NCBI GenBank assembly: GCA_965231065.1
Contig: OZ246410.1
Span: 42,396-106,395 of the forward strand
DNA length: 64,000 nucleotides
Direction: 5' to 3'
Source: an uncultured Methanosarcinales archaeon
Lineage (GTDB): Archaea > Nanobdellota > Nanobdellia > Woesearchaeales > UBA10107
The notes under the pieces are model-generated. The model was not told the origin of the DNA and did not search any database. It was given only the letters and a program-made list of their open reading frames with translations. The position numbers and the translations under genes were made by a program. Shown in pieces: positions 63,986-64,000 of the stretch. Position 1 is the stretch's first letter; each line of letters opens with the position of its first letter.

Positions 63986-64000
63986 GTATAAACGCCTCAG

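Noticed and set aside
1-64000. CRISPR arrays, rRNA genes, IS elements or integrases
   Set aside because: I found no regularly spaced direct repeats, no rRNA-like conserved blocks, and no transposase, integrase or terminal inverted repeat signatures. The four tRNAs show no adjacent att-like duplication that I could see.

Overview
This is a compact, gene-dense archaeal chromosomal segment. I call about 85 protein genes and 4 tRNAs. I found no rRNA, no CRISPR array and no obvious transposon. The archaeal identity rests on hallmark genes: two Orc1/Cdc6, aIF5B, aEF-1beta, aRF1 (NIKS and GGQS motifs), RpoP, eL43, prefoldin beta, CDC48, GatDE, RtcB plus archease, Trm1, TruD, an OB-fold SSB with an acidic tail, and a FlaI/FlaJ-like type IV pilus ATPase and platform pair. 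The content is almost entirely information processing. Genes often overlap by 1-11 nt, and TATA-like boxes sit about 25-30 nt upstream of many start codons, suggesting leaderless transcripts. AspRS and adenylate kinase are bacterial-type. Together these fit a small-genome, possibly DPANN-like archaeon, but that is inference only. The most interesting observations are these. (1) tRNA-Pro(UGG) is interrupted after position 3 by a 32-nt intron that folds, together with the 5' leader, into a textbook hBHBh' motif. A free-standing LAGLIDADG endonuclease-like gene lies next to it. (2) A translationally coupled six-gene cassette at 40629-44281 is built around a HerA-type ATPase: HTH protein, PIN-like nuclease, 47-aa Zn-ribbon, HerA-like ATPase and two small helical proteins. 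It sits beside an Mre11 gene that has no Rad50 neighbour, and no NurA is recognisable. This is my best candidate for an undescribed nuclease/translocase system, either defence or a non-canonical end-resection module. (3) GatE is GatB-sized and appears to lack the AspRS-like insertion domain, in a genome that also encodes GatCAB and a bacterial-type AspRS. (4) A tandem triplet of paralogous membrane proteins abuts the pilus-like locus, which has no recognisable pilin gene. Several short regulatory-looking repeats and palindromes are also listed. All function calls come from motif and length recognition by eye. No database search was run.
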